In this document: positions 7,926 to 17,473 of the stretch, one piece after another | Layout of the letters: every line of letters starts with the position of its first letter | Numbering within the stretch: the stretch's first letter is position 1 | IMG/VR virus record: IMGVR_UViG_3300045988_118736 | Length of the DNA: 64,000 nt | Reading direction: 5' to 3' (one strand) | From: a virus | Program-made: the position numbers and the translations under genes | The notes under the pieces: generated by a model | Databases searched by the model: none | What the model saw: the letters and a program-made list of their open reading frames with translations, nothing else | Told to the model about the DNA's origin: nothing

Positions 7926-8259
7926 TTTGACCTTTTACGGGCGCTTTTGCAGCCTTATCGAAGGTGATAGAAAGATAATACTAAGGGCGATAAAAAACGG
8001 TCGTAAAAAAGGCGTAATCGGAGCCATTCAGCCTGGGAGACATGATAGAATTTGGGCCACATGGTCTATTGCTTTTGATGATCTGAAGGTAGGGGATACG
8101 GTAGAGTTCAGTACATCTGGAAAATACAATCCCGGATTTCATGCTACGGAAAAGTATGTAGGGTGTGTAGAATGGATAAAAGGGTCGGAATGTGCGATAA
8201 AAACCGGTAAGGGAATAGCAGTAGTATTAATTAAACACATAGAAAGGGTGGTAAAATGA
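7876..8259 (+). CDS. hypothetical protein (127 aa)
   Basis: ORF in operon. Confidence 0.5.
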   Translation: MNRITKIREEIGGKQVDLTFYGRFCSLIEGDRKIILRAIKNGRKKGVIGAIQPGRHDRIWATWSIAFDDLKVGDTVEFSTSGKYNPGFHATEKYVGCVEWIKGSECAIKTGKGIAVVLIKHIERVVK

Positions 8260-8540
8260 TGGGGTTGAGAGAATTTGTAGAACTTTTTGACAAGAATGAA
8301 GTAAAGAATTTGTTTAATGCATTGTCTTTATGTATAGAATACGTAAGGATAGATTTGCATGTATTTAATATAGGTGCCTATGTTACGTGCCTGTACAGTA
8401 ATGATCTTGAATCGCTTTCACAGACAGAAGGTTGTAATGTGAATATGATAATAGAGGTACCACACTTATTCGAAGCATTCATGGAATACGCTTCACCGGA
8501 AATGAAGTTGTATTACGAAAAACTAACAGAGACAGTATAA
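8256..8540 (+). CDS. hypothetical protein (94 aa)
   Basis: ATGA overlap. Confidence 0.5.
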   Translation: MMGLREFVELFDKNEVKNLFNALSLCIEYVRIDLHVFNIGAYVTCLYSNDLESLSQTEGCNVNMIIEVPHLFEAFMEYASPEMKLYYEKLTETV

Positions 8541-8541
8541 T

Positions 8542-9015
8542 ATGAAAGAGGAAGTAGAACGGATAAAGAAGTTGGTTGGCATAGATCATAATAGATGGGA
8601 GCAGCCTTGTACATGTGATAAATGCAAGAACATGTGTGAGGTTCCTTGTATTGGTACGCCAAAAGACATAGAGGCTATCATAGATGCAGGATATGCTGAC
8701 AGGCTAAAAGAGACAATGTGGATGGTGGGGTTTCTTGCAGTGAAAGAAAAACCAATAGCGATGATCCAGCCAACAGAGAAAGACGGGTGGTGCGCATTCC
8801 GCCGGCCGGACGGTCTATGCGAGCTGCATGACCGTGGACTAAAGCCGACTGAAGGAGTTCTGGCTTCTTGTAAGGTGGTTGAAGAAGACAATGTCCCAAC
8901 ATATGAAACATCTGTACTTAGAGCAGTAGCTCATGAGTGGGTTAAGGTGGAGAACTTCGCAACTATAATGAGAGTCGTTTTTAAATACTTGCATGAAAAT
9001 GAACGTGGAAAATAA
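8542..9015 (+). CDS. Cys-rich protein (157 aa)
   Basis: CTCDKCKNMCEVPC plus additional Cys; probable metal-binding. Confidence 0.5.
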   Translation: MKEEVERIKKLVGIDHNRWEQPCTCDKCKNMCEVPCIGTPKDIEAIIDAGYADRLKETMWMVGFLAVKEKPIAMIQPTEKDGWCAFRRPDGLCELHDRGLKPTEGVLASCKVVEEDNVPTYETSVLRAVAHEWVKVENFATIMRVVFKYLHENERGK

Positions 9016-9403
9016 ATTAGACAAAGTGGTTAAGATCCTAAAAGAAAAAGGATTTGTAGTATATAGAAAGGGCGGGAAGGAGCCAGGTGTGTTTTACGCC
9101 AAAGAAGGTGACAGTCGAATAGGATTCGTTTATCCTAACAACGGATATATATACGACAGGATAAAAATATGGTCTTTTTCAAGAATGTACAAACCACATA
9201 AGAAAACCGGATCTTCGTGCTTAATGTGTGTCAGCGACGAATTTACGATAGAAAATGCGATTAAGAACATAGAGGATAGACTGTGGGTGAATTACATAAA
9301 AGACGGTAACAGAAAACGACCAGAAGAATATAAAAATATAAGAGAATTTGTTGGTAGCTTCACTAAATTCTACAGCTCTGTAGAATTAGTTGAAGTAAAA
9401 TAG
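8993..9403 (+). CDS. hypothetical protein (136 aa)
   Basis: ORF followed by strong terminator. Confidence 0.5.
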   Translation: MKMNVENKLDKVVKILKEKGFVVYRKGGKEPGVFYAKEGDSRIGFVYPNNGYIYDRIKIWSFSRMYKPHKKTGSSCLMCVSDEFTIENAIKNIEDRLWVNYIKDGNRKRPEEYKNIREFVGSFTKFYSSVELVEVK

Positions 9404-9424
9404 TTTTCCATGTAAGTTAGTTAC

Positions 9425-9461
9425 CGGCACTGGTCTGCGAAGATAGGTGCCGTTTTTTTTA
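9425..9461 (+). terminator. rho-independent terminator CGGCAC...(TCT-GCGA-AGA)TAGG...GTGCCG then T8
   Basis: 6-bp stem plus T8 run after 8993..9403. Confidence 0.8.
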
Positions 9462-9481
9462 TTCAAGAAAAGAGGACAAAT

Positions 9482-9733
9482 ATGGAGAAAAGAGACAAGA
9501 AGATGCCTTACGAGGTAGTCATACAGGAAAGAAAAAGAGTGGATTTGTACGGTAACGTAGTGTATTATATCCATTGGTTTGATAAATATGGGTACAATAT
9601 CACAAACGAATGGAAATTCTGGAGCAAGGGTCCGAAAAAGAAATACGATAGAGTTAATCGTTATCTAACGGATAGTTGGTTGAAGGAATACTGTGGGAAT
9701 AACGATTTAAAGATAAGGAGAATAAAGGAATGA
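9482..9733 (+). CDS. hypothetical protein (83 aa)
   Basis: ORF after terminator. Confidence 0.5.
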   Translation: MEKRDKKMPYEVVIQERKRVDLYGNVVYYIHWFDKYGYNITNEWKFWSKGPKKKYDRVNRYLTDSWLKEYCGNNDLKIRRIKE

Positions 9734-10245
9734 AAAAGATAAAAGTAGACAAAGTGATATTATATTACATGGATCGGGTAGACCCTGACGGGAACCTATA
9801 CTGGTTCTATGTATATAAAGACATGGCATCTGAAATAGAATACTTTTGCACGGAAGAGACAGGTAATATGACTATACCAATCGGAGAAGGAGAGTATGTC
9901 AAGATCGTACCAAAAAAAATAGAGAAAATACCGGTAAGGGGATATAGGAAGCTTACTGGAATATGGAATCGTGAAACATGTAACGGGAAGGGATGGTACA
10001 GGCTTTTTAATTATTTCAAATACAAGCCGACCCTATGTTATTTTAAAAAAGCGGGACATGATGAAAATGGGAACACAAGATACGAAATATCATTATTTAA
10101 TAACATTATAAATGTGACAAGGTATTTCAATCTGTGGAGAATGAAGCCAGGAAAGTATGTTATGGTAACAAACGAGTGTGGTGCCTTGGATGTTATAAAA
10201 GAAAAATTCGATAACATAAATATAGTGGAATATGGATCTGAATGA
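9730..10245 (+). CDS. hypothetical protein (171 aa)
   Basis: ATGA overlap. Confidence 0.5.
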   Translation: MKKIKVDKVILYYMDRVDPDGNLYWFYVYKDMASEIEYFCTEETGNMTIPIGEGEYVKIVPKKIEKIPVRGYRKLTGIWNRETCNGKGWYRLFNYFKYKPTLCYFKKAGHDENGNTRYEISLFNNIINVTRYFNLWRMKPGKYVMVTNECGALDVIKEKFDNINIVEYGSE

Positions 10246-10600
10246 ATTGTACAAAGAAATAGAAAAAGCAGAGGTTGATCTGAATGCAAAAAGATTAAAG
10301 TACATCAAAGAGGCATTAGTGGAGAACGGTGGAAGTATAAAGCTAAAATTCAAAGAATTTAAAGAGTTTAAAGAAACTAATGATGCGTTTGACTTCGATG
10401 ATCAGTTTCCGGTGATAATAGAAATTGCTGGGATTCCTATGTATTTAACGGAAGTGTATGTCAAAAAAAACGATTTTCGTATAGTTCTGCTGGATTATGA
10501 TGATATGACTTTAGGTGATTATGATAATACAGGGGAAAATGAACAGGTTGCTTATTTTATTAACTATTGTTTAAATCAAGACAAAGATGGGAAAGAGTAG
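10232..10600 (+). CDS. hypothetical acidic protein (122 aa)
   Basis: ORF. Confidence 0.5.
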   Translation: MDLNELYKEIEKAEVDLNAKRLKYIKEALVENGGSIKLKFKEFKEFKETNDAFDFDDQFPVIIEIAGIPMYLTEVYVKKNDFRIVLLDYDDMTLGDYDNTGENEQVAYFINYCLNQDKDGKE

Positions 10601-10775
10601 AAAAGATTATGAGAAGTTTCTTAACTCCATATCTCCAGATAGAGACGATGAAACATGGATCATTGGAGGAAAGAACAGGTATTGCGGTAGAGAGAATTAC
10701 GGCACTATGATCAAAAGGTATGATCCTATTGGTTTTAACGTAGGGTACAGGGAGTGGGCAGAACAGCCAGGGTAA
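10587..10775 (+). CDS. hypothetical protein (62 aa)
   Basis: ORF; followed by GC-rich hairpin 10804-10823. Confidence 0.4.
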   Translation: MGKSRKDYEKFLNSISPDRDDETWIIGGKNRYCGRENYGTMIKRYDPIGFNVGYREWAEQPG

Positions 10776-11123
10776 GGTGGAGCCTGCCCTGCCATGAGGT
10801 CGGCCTGGCTGTCTGTGGCCAGGGTCGTATATTAGTCAGATAGTGAACAATGAAAACGATACAAATATTATGAATTTAGGCAATCATATACCTAAAATAA
10901 TAGCTTATGACATTTAAAGAATTTATGAAAGAAGTAGGCTATGACCCAATGACTACCTTTTGGGAAGATTTCAGCATAGCCGACAAGTATGGTATAGGTC
11001 CAGTACCGAGAGCAGCCCGAGCGTCGCGTGGTACGTGGACTTCTCCATTGGTAGCGCGTACTACAGTGACAAGTACAACAGTAGCAGGGTTCGGGCGGTA
11101 ATTGATTTTTAAAAAGGATTACA

Positions 11124-11930
11124 ATGATAACATCAGTAAAAATAAAAGACAATACGAAAACTCCATTTGAATATGCTTCTGACATAGAAGCATTTGAAAA
11201 TGGCAGAGAATTTATTTTCAAGCCAGGAGTGAATGTGATTGTAGGTAAAAACGGTAGTGGAAAATCAACTTTGCTTAACATCATATCAATGTATGCGTTA
11301 TGTGAGAAATCCATGTGCTCTGAAATACCGATCGAGGCACTGGATTTTCCACCTATATTTGATGATGATGATGATGATGACAAGGTTCTTGATGGGATTG
11401 ACATATCATCCGATTATGCAGGGAAAGTATTCCGTTTATTGCCATCGGCGGAGATGAATCGAGATAGTGTATTAAAAAACATCAGCAACTTAGATTTGTA
11501 TGTGAATAATATTCGAAGATCTTATGGAGAGAAAGTGGTGTTATCATTGGAATCACTTTTCAATTTAATGTTCGGTCAAAAGGATTATACATTTCCAATA
11601 CAAGATCTTGTAGAATACAAGAAAAAATCAAATGCGTTTTGGATTAAAAGAATTGATAACCTGTTGAAGTATTATGAAAGAAACCGCATAACATTAACAG
11701 AAAGCAGTTTTGAATACACGGTTCTCATGGATGAGCCAGATAGGAATCTTGACATTGACAACATAATGCAAATTTATAATGTATTGTCATTCCATAAACC
11801 ACAAACACAAATTATAGCCATAGTACACAATCCGGCATTGATTTACAAGTTAAGCAAATTAGATTGTGTGAATTTCATAGAGATGACAGAAGGGTATCTT
11901 AATAAAACTTGTACATTTGTGTCCAATTGA
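11124..11930 (+). CDS. minimal ABC-type ATPase (AAA_21/AAA_15-like), 268 aa
   Basis: Walker A GKNGSGKST, signature-like SYGEK, Walker B VLMDEPD, H-loop IVHNPAL in canonical order. Confidence 0.7.
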   Translation: MITSVKIKDNTKTPFEYASDIEAFENGREFIFKPGVNVIVGKNGSGKSTLLNIISMYALCEKSMCSEIPIEALDFPPIFDDDDDDDKVLDGIDISSDYAGKVFRLLPSAEMNRDSVLKNISNLDLYVNNIRRSYGEKVVLSLESLFNLMFGQKDYTFPIQDLVEYKKKSNAFWIKRIDNLLKYYERNRITLTESSFEYTVLMDEPDRNLDIDNIMQIYNVLSFHKPQTQIIAIVHNPALIYKLSKLDCVNFIEMTEGYLNKTCTFVSN

Positions 11931-12240
11931 TCAAGGCATTTATATGTCATTTTAACACATTTTTTATAAATCAATTAATTATTCATTTTTAAGTTACAGT
12001 CATGAAAACATTAAAAGAAAAAGACAAACAATCTTTTTTTAGCAAGAAAAGAAGAAGTTTATTCCTTAATAATGGAAATGGGATCATTATTGGCAGATTA
12101 TGATCATCAATGGTCTAATGAACTAAGAAGAAAATTTGAAAGAGCTACTTCTTTTCTTTCCTCTATGAATTAGAATATTTTCTATCATCGGGGAACTTGT
12201 TGGTAGGATTATAGAATACAAAGTAAAACAACTTATTGCA

Positions 12241-12624
12241 ATGGCTTATTTCATATTAATGGGAAGAAGAATCCCCAAACAAGCTATAACAGGCTTCAAA
12301 TTTCAAAATGAAACAGATAACATTCGTCCTTTTCTGTCAATCAGGATAAGGGGAAAGGACGAAATTATACCTTTCAAAGATAAAAAGGAGATACAGTCCG
12401 TAAAAGCGCATCTGTGTTCTATCTTCTCCGGATTTGTAAAAATAGGCGACTGGTATCTCAAGATGTCGGAAGTTAAGGAATATAAGCCGGTGACCGCCGA
12501 AGACATGAACCCCTACATCTTGTTTAAGACATCTAAGTTCGGAAACATAAAAGTTCGTTTCCCGAAAGATGAAGATATGGATGCAGAATTATTGGTGTTA
12601 GATCAACTTTTTGATGTAGAATGA
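12241..12624 (+). CDS. hypothetical protein (127 aa)
   Basis: ORF after 310-bp gap. Confidence 0.45.
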   Translation: MAYFILMGRRIPKQAITGFKFQNETDNIRPFLSIRIRGKDEIIPFKDKKEIQSVKAHLCSIFSGFVKIGDWYLKMSEVKEYKPVTAEDMNPYILFKTSKFGNIKVRFPKDEDMDAELLVLDQLFDVE

Positions 12625-12648
12625 ATTATTGATCATATTTTAGAAATC

Positions 12649-12900
12649 ATGACCTGGAAAGAATTAAAAGACAAAATATCCCTTATGACAGAAGAAGAGC
12701 AACGACAAGAAGTTGCAGTATGGGGAGAAAATATGAATCTAATGAAAGATTGTTCCTTGGAGAAAACAGACGAGGATTTGTACTATAATACTGAATGGGA
12801 TTATACTTGTGAAGAGAGTGAATTGGAACCGGAAGACAAGAATGACCCTGATGTACATAAGGTATATGAAGCAGGAATGCATTATATTTATTCAAATTGA
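12649..12900 (+). CDS. small acidic protein (83 aa)
   Basis: D/E-rich. Confidence 0.45.
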   Translation: MTWKELKDKISLMTEEEQRQEVAVWGENMNLMKDCSLEKTDEDLYYNTEWDYTCEESELEPEDKNDPDVHKVYEAGMHYIYSN

Positions 12901-12918
12901 TTTAAAAAAGATCTGATT

Positions 12919-13665
12919 ATGGCAGCATTAACAACACTAAATATAACGGAAAAGAACGCTAATAACAGTTTGTCTGTAACTGTTAAAGTGAATGTCACCA
13001 AAGAAGGAGTGTTTACCACTACCTTGTCAAAAGAAGGTGTGGATAAGATTCATTCTTATGGGATCAAATTACCTACAAACAGATTAGGCAACGAAGGATA
13101 TTTCAATAGTATAGCACTTTCTGATTTGGAAAGTCAAATCAGGGAAGTTCTGAAGAGATGTTTGAGTTATAAAATAGTAGAAGAAGTGCCTGTTATTAAG
13201 TATCAACTGGAAACGAATTGCCTGTTTTCATATGACAAAAACGGAAATATTGTCCCTAACCCCTCTAAGGAATGGACAGGAGGCGATGAAAATGGAGAAT
13301 GGAGGGATGGAACTTCCCGTTTAGATGCCTTAAACGCCCAACCTTTCGGTTTTAGTGTTTATGCAAAACCATTTCTAAAAAGAGTAATTGAATATGGAAA
13401 TGGAGAGACAAAAGTAGAATACAGCAGGTTAAATACAGAAAAAGGAACCTATGCGCACTGGCTGAATTGTGTAACGAGCATATCATACAATAGACATAAA
13501 CAGGTAATGGAAGTGGAGTGTAACGAATGTACCTCGAAATTATTCGTTGATATGATCAAGTCCATTTGTAATATAAGCGAACAAGTTAAGAGTTTTATCA
13601 ATCCAGAACAAATAAAAGCAATTGCGGAGTCAAATGAACCGATTTTGCTTTTATCTAACAACTAA
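12919..13665 (+). CDS. hypothetical protein (248 aa)
   Basis: ORF. Confidence 0.5.
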   Translation: MAALTTLNITEKNANNSLSVTVKVNVTKEGVFTTTLSKEGVDKIHSYGIKLPTNRLGNEGYFNSIALSDLESQIREVLKRCLSYKIVEEVPVIKYQLETNCLFSYDKNGNIVPNPSKEWTGGDENGEWRDGTSRLDALNAQPFGFSVYAKPFLKRVIEYGNGETKVEYSRLNTEKGTYAHWLNCVTSISYNRHKQVMEVECNECTSKLFVDMIKSICNISEQVKSFINPEQIKAIAESNEPILLLSNN

Positions 13666-13824
13666 AAAATCATGAGGTATGTATGTGTTTTTATCTGCTT
13701 TCTGTTATGACTTATTTTTACGTTGTTATTATCATTCACTGTCATAGGATTGGTTATAAGCGTGAGTGATGAATGGCAGGAAATGGGTGACAAAATAATA
13801 GATAAACTTTAAAAATAATTGAGC

Positions 13825-14103
13825 ATGAGTAAATATACAGCAAAACAAATTGCCGAGTCCGATGATCTGTTTGATAAGCAAATACATAAAGTCAGAAAGT
13901 TTTATTTGAGTCGTAATCCTGATAAAATGATGATGCTCGAAGAAAGAAAAGCTGTTATCAAAGAACGAAATAAAGGTCTTTCCCTAGAATATGATAAGGA
14001 ATATTATTGCGGAACCTGCGGAGCTAAAGACGGTGCGGAGCATCCTAAAACCGGATATTGCTTTCACTGTGATACGGATAACTGGATTCCAAAAAATGAC
14101 TAA
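13825..14103 (+). CDS. zinc-ribbon protein (92 aa; ATG 13825, track start 13819 is TTG)
   Basis: CGTCG...CFHCD paired CxxC. Confidence 0.45.
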   Translation: MSKYTAKQIAESDDLFDKQIHKVRKFYLSRNPDKMMMLEERKAVIKERNKGLSLEYDKEYYCGTCGAKDGAEHPKTGYCFHCDTDNWIPKND

Positions 14104-14122
14104 CAGCTAAAATAATCGAATT

Positions 14123-14374
14123 ATGACAGCCGAGAAGTTTAAATCTATTTGTGAATATAAAGGAATAACTTGGAATGATCTTGTCCGTATTAGGATTATC
14201 AGGCCAAAGAAATTTTTAGGATTCTTTAGGCAATTAACGGGTATAACAATCGAAGGTGCATTCAATAGATGTTCTGCTTGTGTTGAAATAATGGCTAATG
14301 ATGACAACGGTGTTTCAATGATGCACTATATTGATTACGAAGATATTATAGGAGTTGAATTAATTAAAAATTAA
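14123..14374 (+). CDS. hypothetical protein (83 aa)
   Basis: ORF. Confidence 0.45.
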   Translation: MTAEKFKSICEYKGITWNDLVRIRIIRPKKFLGFFRQLTGITIEGAFNRCSACVEIMANDDNGVSMMHYIDYEDIIGVELIKN

Positions 14375-14560
14375 AAATAATTGAGTGAACAGTTTGCAAA
14401 AATCAGTACGAATGCGTTGTTAGGATTATCAACATCCGCCACATAAGAACCATATAATCCCGTAAATATCGTGATGCGTTGGTAGTACGTGTACAGATAA
14501 CAAACAGGCGTTGGGATAAAGCATTTGGCAAACATTCACTCTAAATAAGAAATAGTAGAT

Positions 14561-15016
14561 ATGAATACAAAATTTGAAAACATGGCTTTGCTGAATATAG
14601 AAGACTACAATGAGCTTAAAGCTAAAGCCGAAGCAACAGATGAGCAGATAAAGAAACAAGCCGAAGAAATGGCTAAGCCTGAAGTTGTCACATTGAAAGT
14701 GTGCTTTGATACATACGGATTATTATACAGGCCAAATACTTGTGTTGATGTTGAAATACCATTCTATGATGATGAAAAAATCAGAGATATGCTTAACAAA
14801 GCAAGTGCTGATATAATGAAATGGTGTGACAAAAATATGATAAAATACAACAAAGAACTCAAAGAATCCAGGTCTACAAAAAAACATTGCGAAGGACTAA
14901 GAAAGCATATCGCAAATCTCGAAAGACGCCTTTTAAGGCATACATTGGCAAATGTTATTTTATCTATTATATCAGTTGCGGCTATAATTGCTCTTTTCAC
15001 ATTAATTCAAAACTAA
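14561..15016 (+). CDS. coiled-coil protein with C-terminal membrane anchor (151 aa)
   Basis: C-terminal hydrophobic ANVILSIISVAAIIALFTLI. Confidence 0.5.
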   Translation: MNTKFENMALLNIEDYNELKAKAEATDEQIKKQAEEMAKPEVVTLKVCFDTYGLLYRPNTCVDVEIPFYDDEKIRDMLNKASADIMKWCDKNMIKYNKELKESRSTKKHCEGLRKHIANLERRLLRHTLANVILSIISVAAIIALFTLIQN

Positions 15017-15022
15017 ATAGAC

Positions 15023-15283
15023 ATGGAACAAGAATATGCTATTCCTCTTTTTAAAGCTGGTGCAGAGTGGCGCATTAACAGCGTGTGGCATTCTATAACA
15101 GTAATTCCAGATTGCCACCGTTTTATTGTGTTTCTCCCTAAGAAATCAACAATAGGATCAAAGAATCCAATTATGGGTATATTGGAAGAGAACAAAACTT
15201 TTATATCCAGCCGTCCAGGATGTATTTTATACAGATTAGATGAAATGGAATCATGGGCTTATTTAGATGATCTATTACCTTAG
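15023..15283 (+). CDS. hypothetical protein (86 aa)
   Basis: ORF. Confidence 0.45.
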   Translation: MEQEYAIPLFKAGAEWRINSVWHSITVIPDCHRFIVFLPKKSTIGSKNPIMGILEENKTFISSRPGCILYRLDEMESWAYLDDLLP

Positions 15284-15316
15284 GTAATTATATACTCAAT
15301 TTTAAAAGTTAGAATT

Positions 15317-15565
15317 ATGAAAAAAGATTTAACAGACAAAGAAAAAGAGGAAAGAATGAATTACCTTACCATTCATAAATGTAAAAACGAGGATGAACGT
15401 AAAGAGTTAAAAGAATTATGTGATTGGTATTTTAAGGATACTCCTACATTAACTATGTCTTTTTCTTTAACAGAAGAAGATTTTCGGGTAACAATGGAAA
15501 GGGACGTGGAGTTGTCGGAGGTAGCCAGAGCGGTAAAGAATCAACACCATAAGAAGAAAATTTGA
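15317..15565 (+). CDS. hypothetical protein (82 aa)
   Basis: ORF. Confidence 0.45.
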   Translation: MKKDLTDKEKEERMNYLTIHKCKNEDERKELKELCDWYFKDTPTLTMSFSLTEEDFRVTMERDVELSEVARAVKNQHHKKKI

Positions 15566-15571
15566 AAGGTT

Positions 15572-15775
15572 ATGACCGACAGAGAACTTCTTGAAGAAAA
15601 CAATAAGATGTTAAAGGAAATTCTAAGTTTTGTGAGAAAAGTTGATTCTGCTGAATACAGGGATCATCAAGACTTTATGGAATTTCTTAGAAATGTGGCA
15701 GCCGATATATGGGTGGAATATACGGAGCCTGAACAAAGAGGTAGATTGTTTAATTTAATAAATAAAAAGAAATGA
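15572..15775 (+). CDS. hypothetical protein (67 aa)
   Basis: ORF; ATGA overlap. Confidence 0.4.
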   Translation: MTDRELLEENNKMLKEILSFVRKVDSAEYRDHQDFMEFLRNVAADIWVEYTEPEQRGRLFNLINKKK

Positions 15776-16440
15776 AAACAGTTTTTGATTTAAGCAGAGA
15801 TGAGATTGTGTCATTGACAGACGAAGAGATAAGTCTGTATATAGACAAAGAGCTTGTTGGTAAGGGTATTCCAATTGAAGCTAAAAATTGGAATATAAAG
15901 AACGAAAAAGAAGTCGTGTACCCGGATTGCGGGGTTCCGATATTTGTCATTAAAGACATAGGTGTAGGATTTAGAAAGATAGAGGACGCTACAGAGGTGG
16001 CGAATTTACTGGTCAGGTCCAGGGCTTTTAAGGTGGATTCAAAGTATTTAAACCGATCTTATGAGAGGTTAAACGTCATAAACGAGGGCGTCGTGCCGGC
16101 AGTAGAGGGTTGCGTAGGATACACCAATGAAGAATTTGAAAGAGTTGACAAAGAAAACAATGATCCTGAATCAGCAAAAATAGGATCATTTAATAAGACG
16201 GTAGAGGAAGCCAACAATATAAGAAGCCGAGTGTTGAAATACGTGAACAAGATAAAACGGGAGCGTGCGTACAACATCGACCTTTGCATGACTTTCGAGA
16301 GATATGTTGAGATAGCAGATAAAGATGCGGAGCGGGCTATGGCTTTCTTGAAAGAAGCCTGCCCGTTTAATGAAGAAACAGAAGTCTTTATCAGGAAAAG
16401 ATACAATATGTCTATCGCTGTTGACCCGGAAGAAAATTAA
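15772..16440 (+). CDS. hypothetical protein (222 aa)
   Basis: ORF. Confidence 0.55.
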   Translation: MKTVFDLSRDEIVSLTDEEISLYIDKELVGKGIPIEAKNWNIKNEKEVVYPDCGVPIFVIKDIGVGFRKIEDATEVANLLVRSRAFKVDSKYLNRSYERLNVINEGVVPAVEGCVGYTNEEFERVDKENNDPESAKIGSFNKTVEEANNIRSRVLKYVNKIKRERAYNIDLCMTFERYVEIADKDAERAMAFLKEACPFNEETEVFIRKRYNMSIAVDPEEN

Positions 16441-16507
16441 TTCACATTAAATTATTTTGTTTCTTATTAAGCAACAAAAGACATATCTTTGTCCGAAAAA
16501 AAACAGA

Positions 16508-16762
16508 ATGGAAGAAAAAGAGATAAAAGAAGCTATGATTGAAGCCCTAACGCACTTAGAGGGGTGTAAGTATTTCGTAGCCACGATAGTAAATGAAGAG
16601 GAAAGAAGATTTGATATGAGCCTAAGAATGTCACAGCATCAATTGGCGTTAATTATAAAAGGCATCTTATCTAATAATGAGATGATGATGATGGATGTTT
16701 TGCAGTGGTGTTCTGAAAGATTTAAAAATAGTATAGAGAAAGGAAAGAAATCAACTAATTAA
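16508..16762 (+). CDS. hypothetical protein (84 aa; trimmed to ATG 16508)
   Basis: internal ATG in frame with 16457. Confidence 0.45.
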   Translation: MEEKEIKEAMIEALTHLEGCKYFVATIVNEEERRFDMSLRMSQHQLALIIKGILSNNEMMMMDVLQWCSERFKNSIEKGKKSTN

Positions 16763-16773
16763 ATATTAATACA

Positions 16774-17244
16774 ATGAATCGCTGGTTTGAAATTACGGTA
16801 AAAGCCGAGATTGATAATATCGAGAACGGCAAAAAAAAGAAAGTAACTGAAAAGTATTTGGTAGATGCCTTGTCTTATACAGAGGCAGAATCAAGATCTT
16901 TAGAGATTTTCAAGGATTTATTTAACGAGTTCGATATTGTTAAAATAAATCCTATTAAAGTGTCGGAAATCTTCTTCAACGGAGAAGCTGAGTACTGGTA
17001 TAAGTGTAAGGTAAATTACATTACACTGGATGAAAAGAAAGGTAAAGAAAAGAAAACTCCATGCTATATGTATGTCCAGGCCGGCAATCCTAAGGATGCC
17101 GAAGCTGTGTTGACTAAAGGCATGCAGGGTACGTTGGGCGACTGGAATTGCGAAGCTATTGCTGAAACGAAGATCATTGACGTATTCAAATACGATCTTC
17201 AGAAGGGAGCTGAAAAATTAGGCGAGAAGAAGAGTGAAGAGTAA
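16774..17244 (+). CDS. hypothetical protein (156 aa)
   Basis: ORF. Confidence 0.55.
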   Translation: MNRWFEITVKAEIDNIENGKKKKVTEKYLVDALSYTEAESRSLEIFKDLFNEFDIVKINPIKVSEIFFNGEAEYWYKCKVNYITLDEKKGKEKKTPCYMYVQAGNPKDAEAVLTKGMQGTLGDWNCEAIAETKIIDVFKYDLQKGAEKLGEKKSEE

Positions 17245-17473
17245 GGCTGATGTGGTTTCCAACATAGCGCTTGTTGTGGCGATAATATCATTGCTTTCAG
17301 CAGGCGCTTTCCTTCTGATAGTGATTAAGACAGACGAGGTATCTAAATTATTAATGAACGTACCTTATCTACTGGTTTCAGCGGGATTGTTCTTTTCAAT
17401 AATATCATTATTATTCGAATGGAAAGCAAGGAAAAGAAGCTATACGTCTGCGAACGATGTGGACGAAAAGTGA
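17234..17473 (+). CDS. small membrane protein (79 aa, two TM)
   Basis: two hydrophobic helices. Confidence 0.45.
   Translation: MKSKADVVSNIALVVAIISLLSAGAFLLIVIKTDEVSKLLMNVPYLLVSAGLFFSIISLLFEWKARKRSYTSANDVDEK

Noticed and set aside
10907-11101. ORF 10907..11101 as a protein gene
   Set aside because: Second half is GC-rich with low-complexity translation (PRAARASRGTWTSPLVARTTVTSTT). It is more likely structured non-coding DNA or RNA. The first 30 codons could still be a very short gene.
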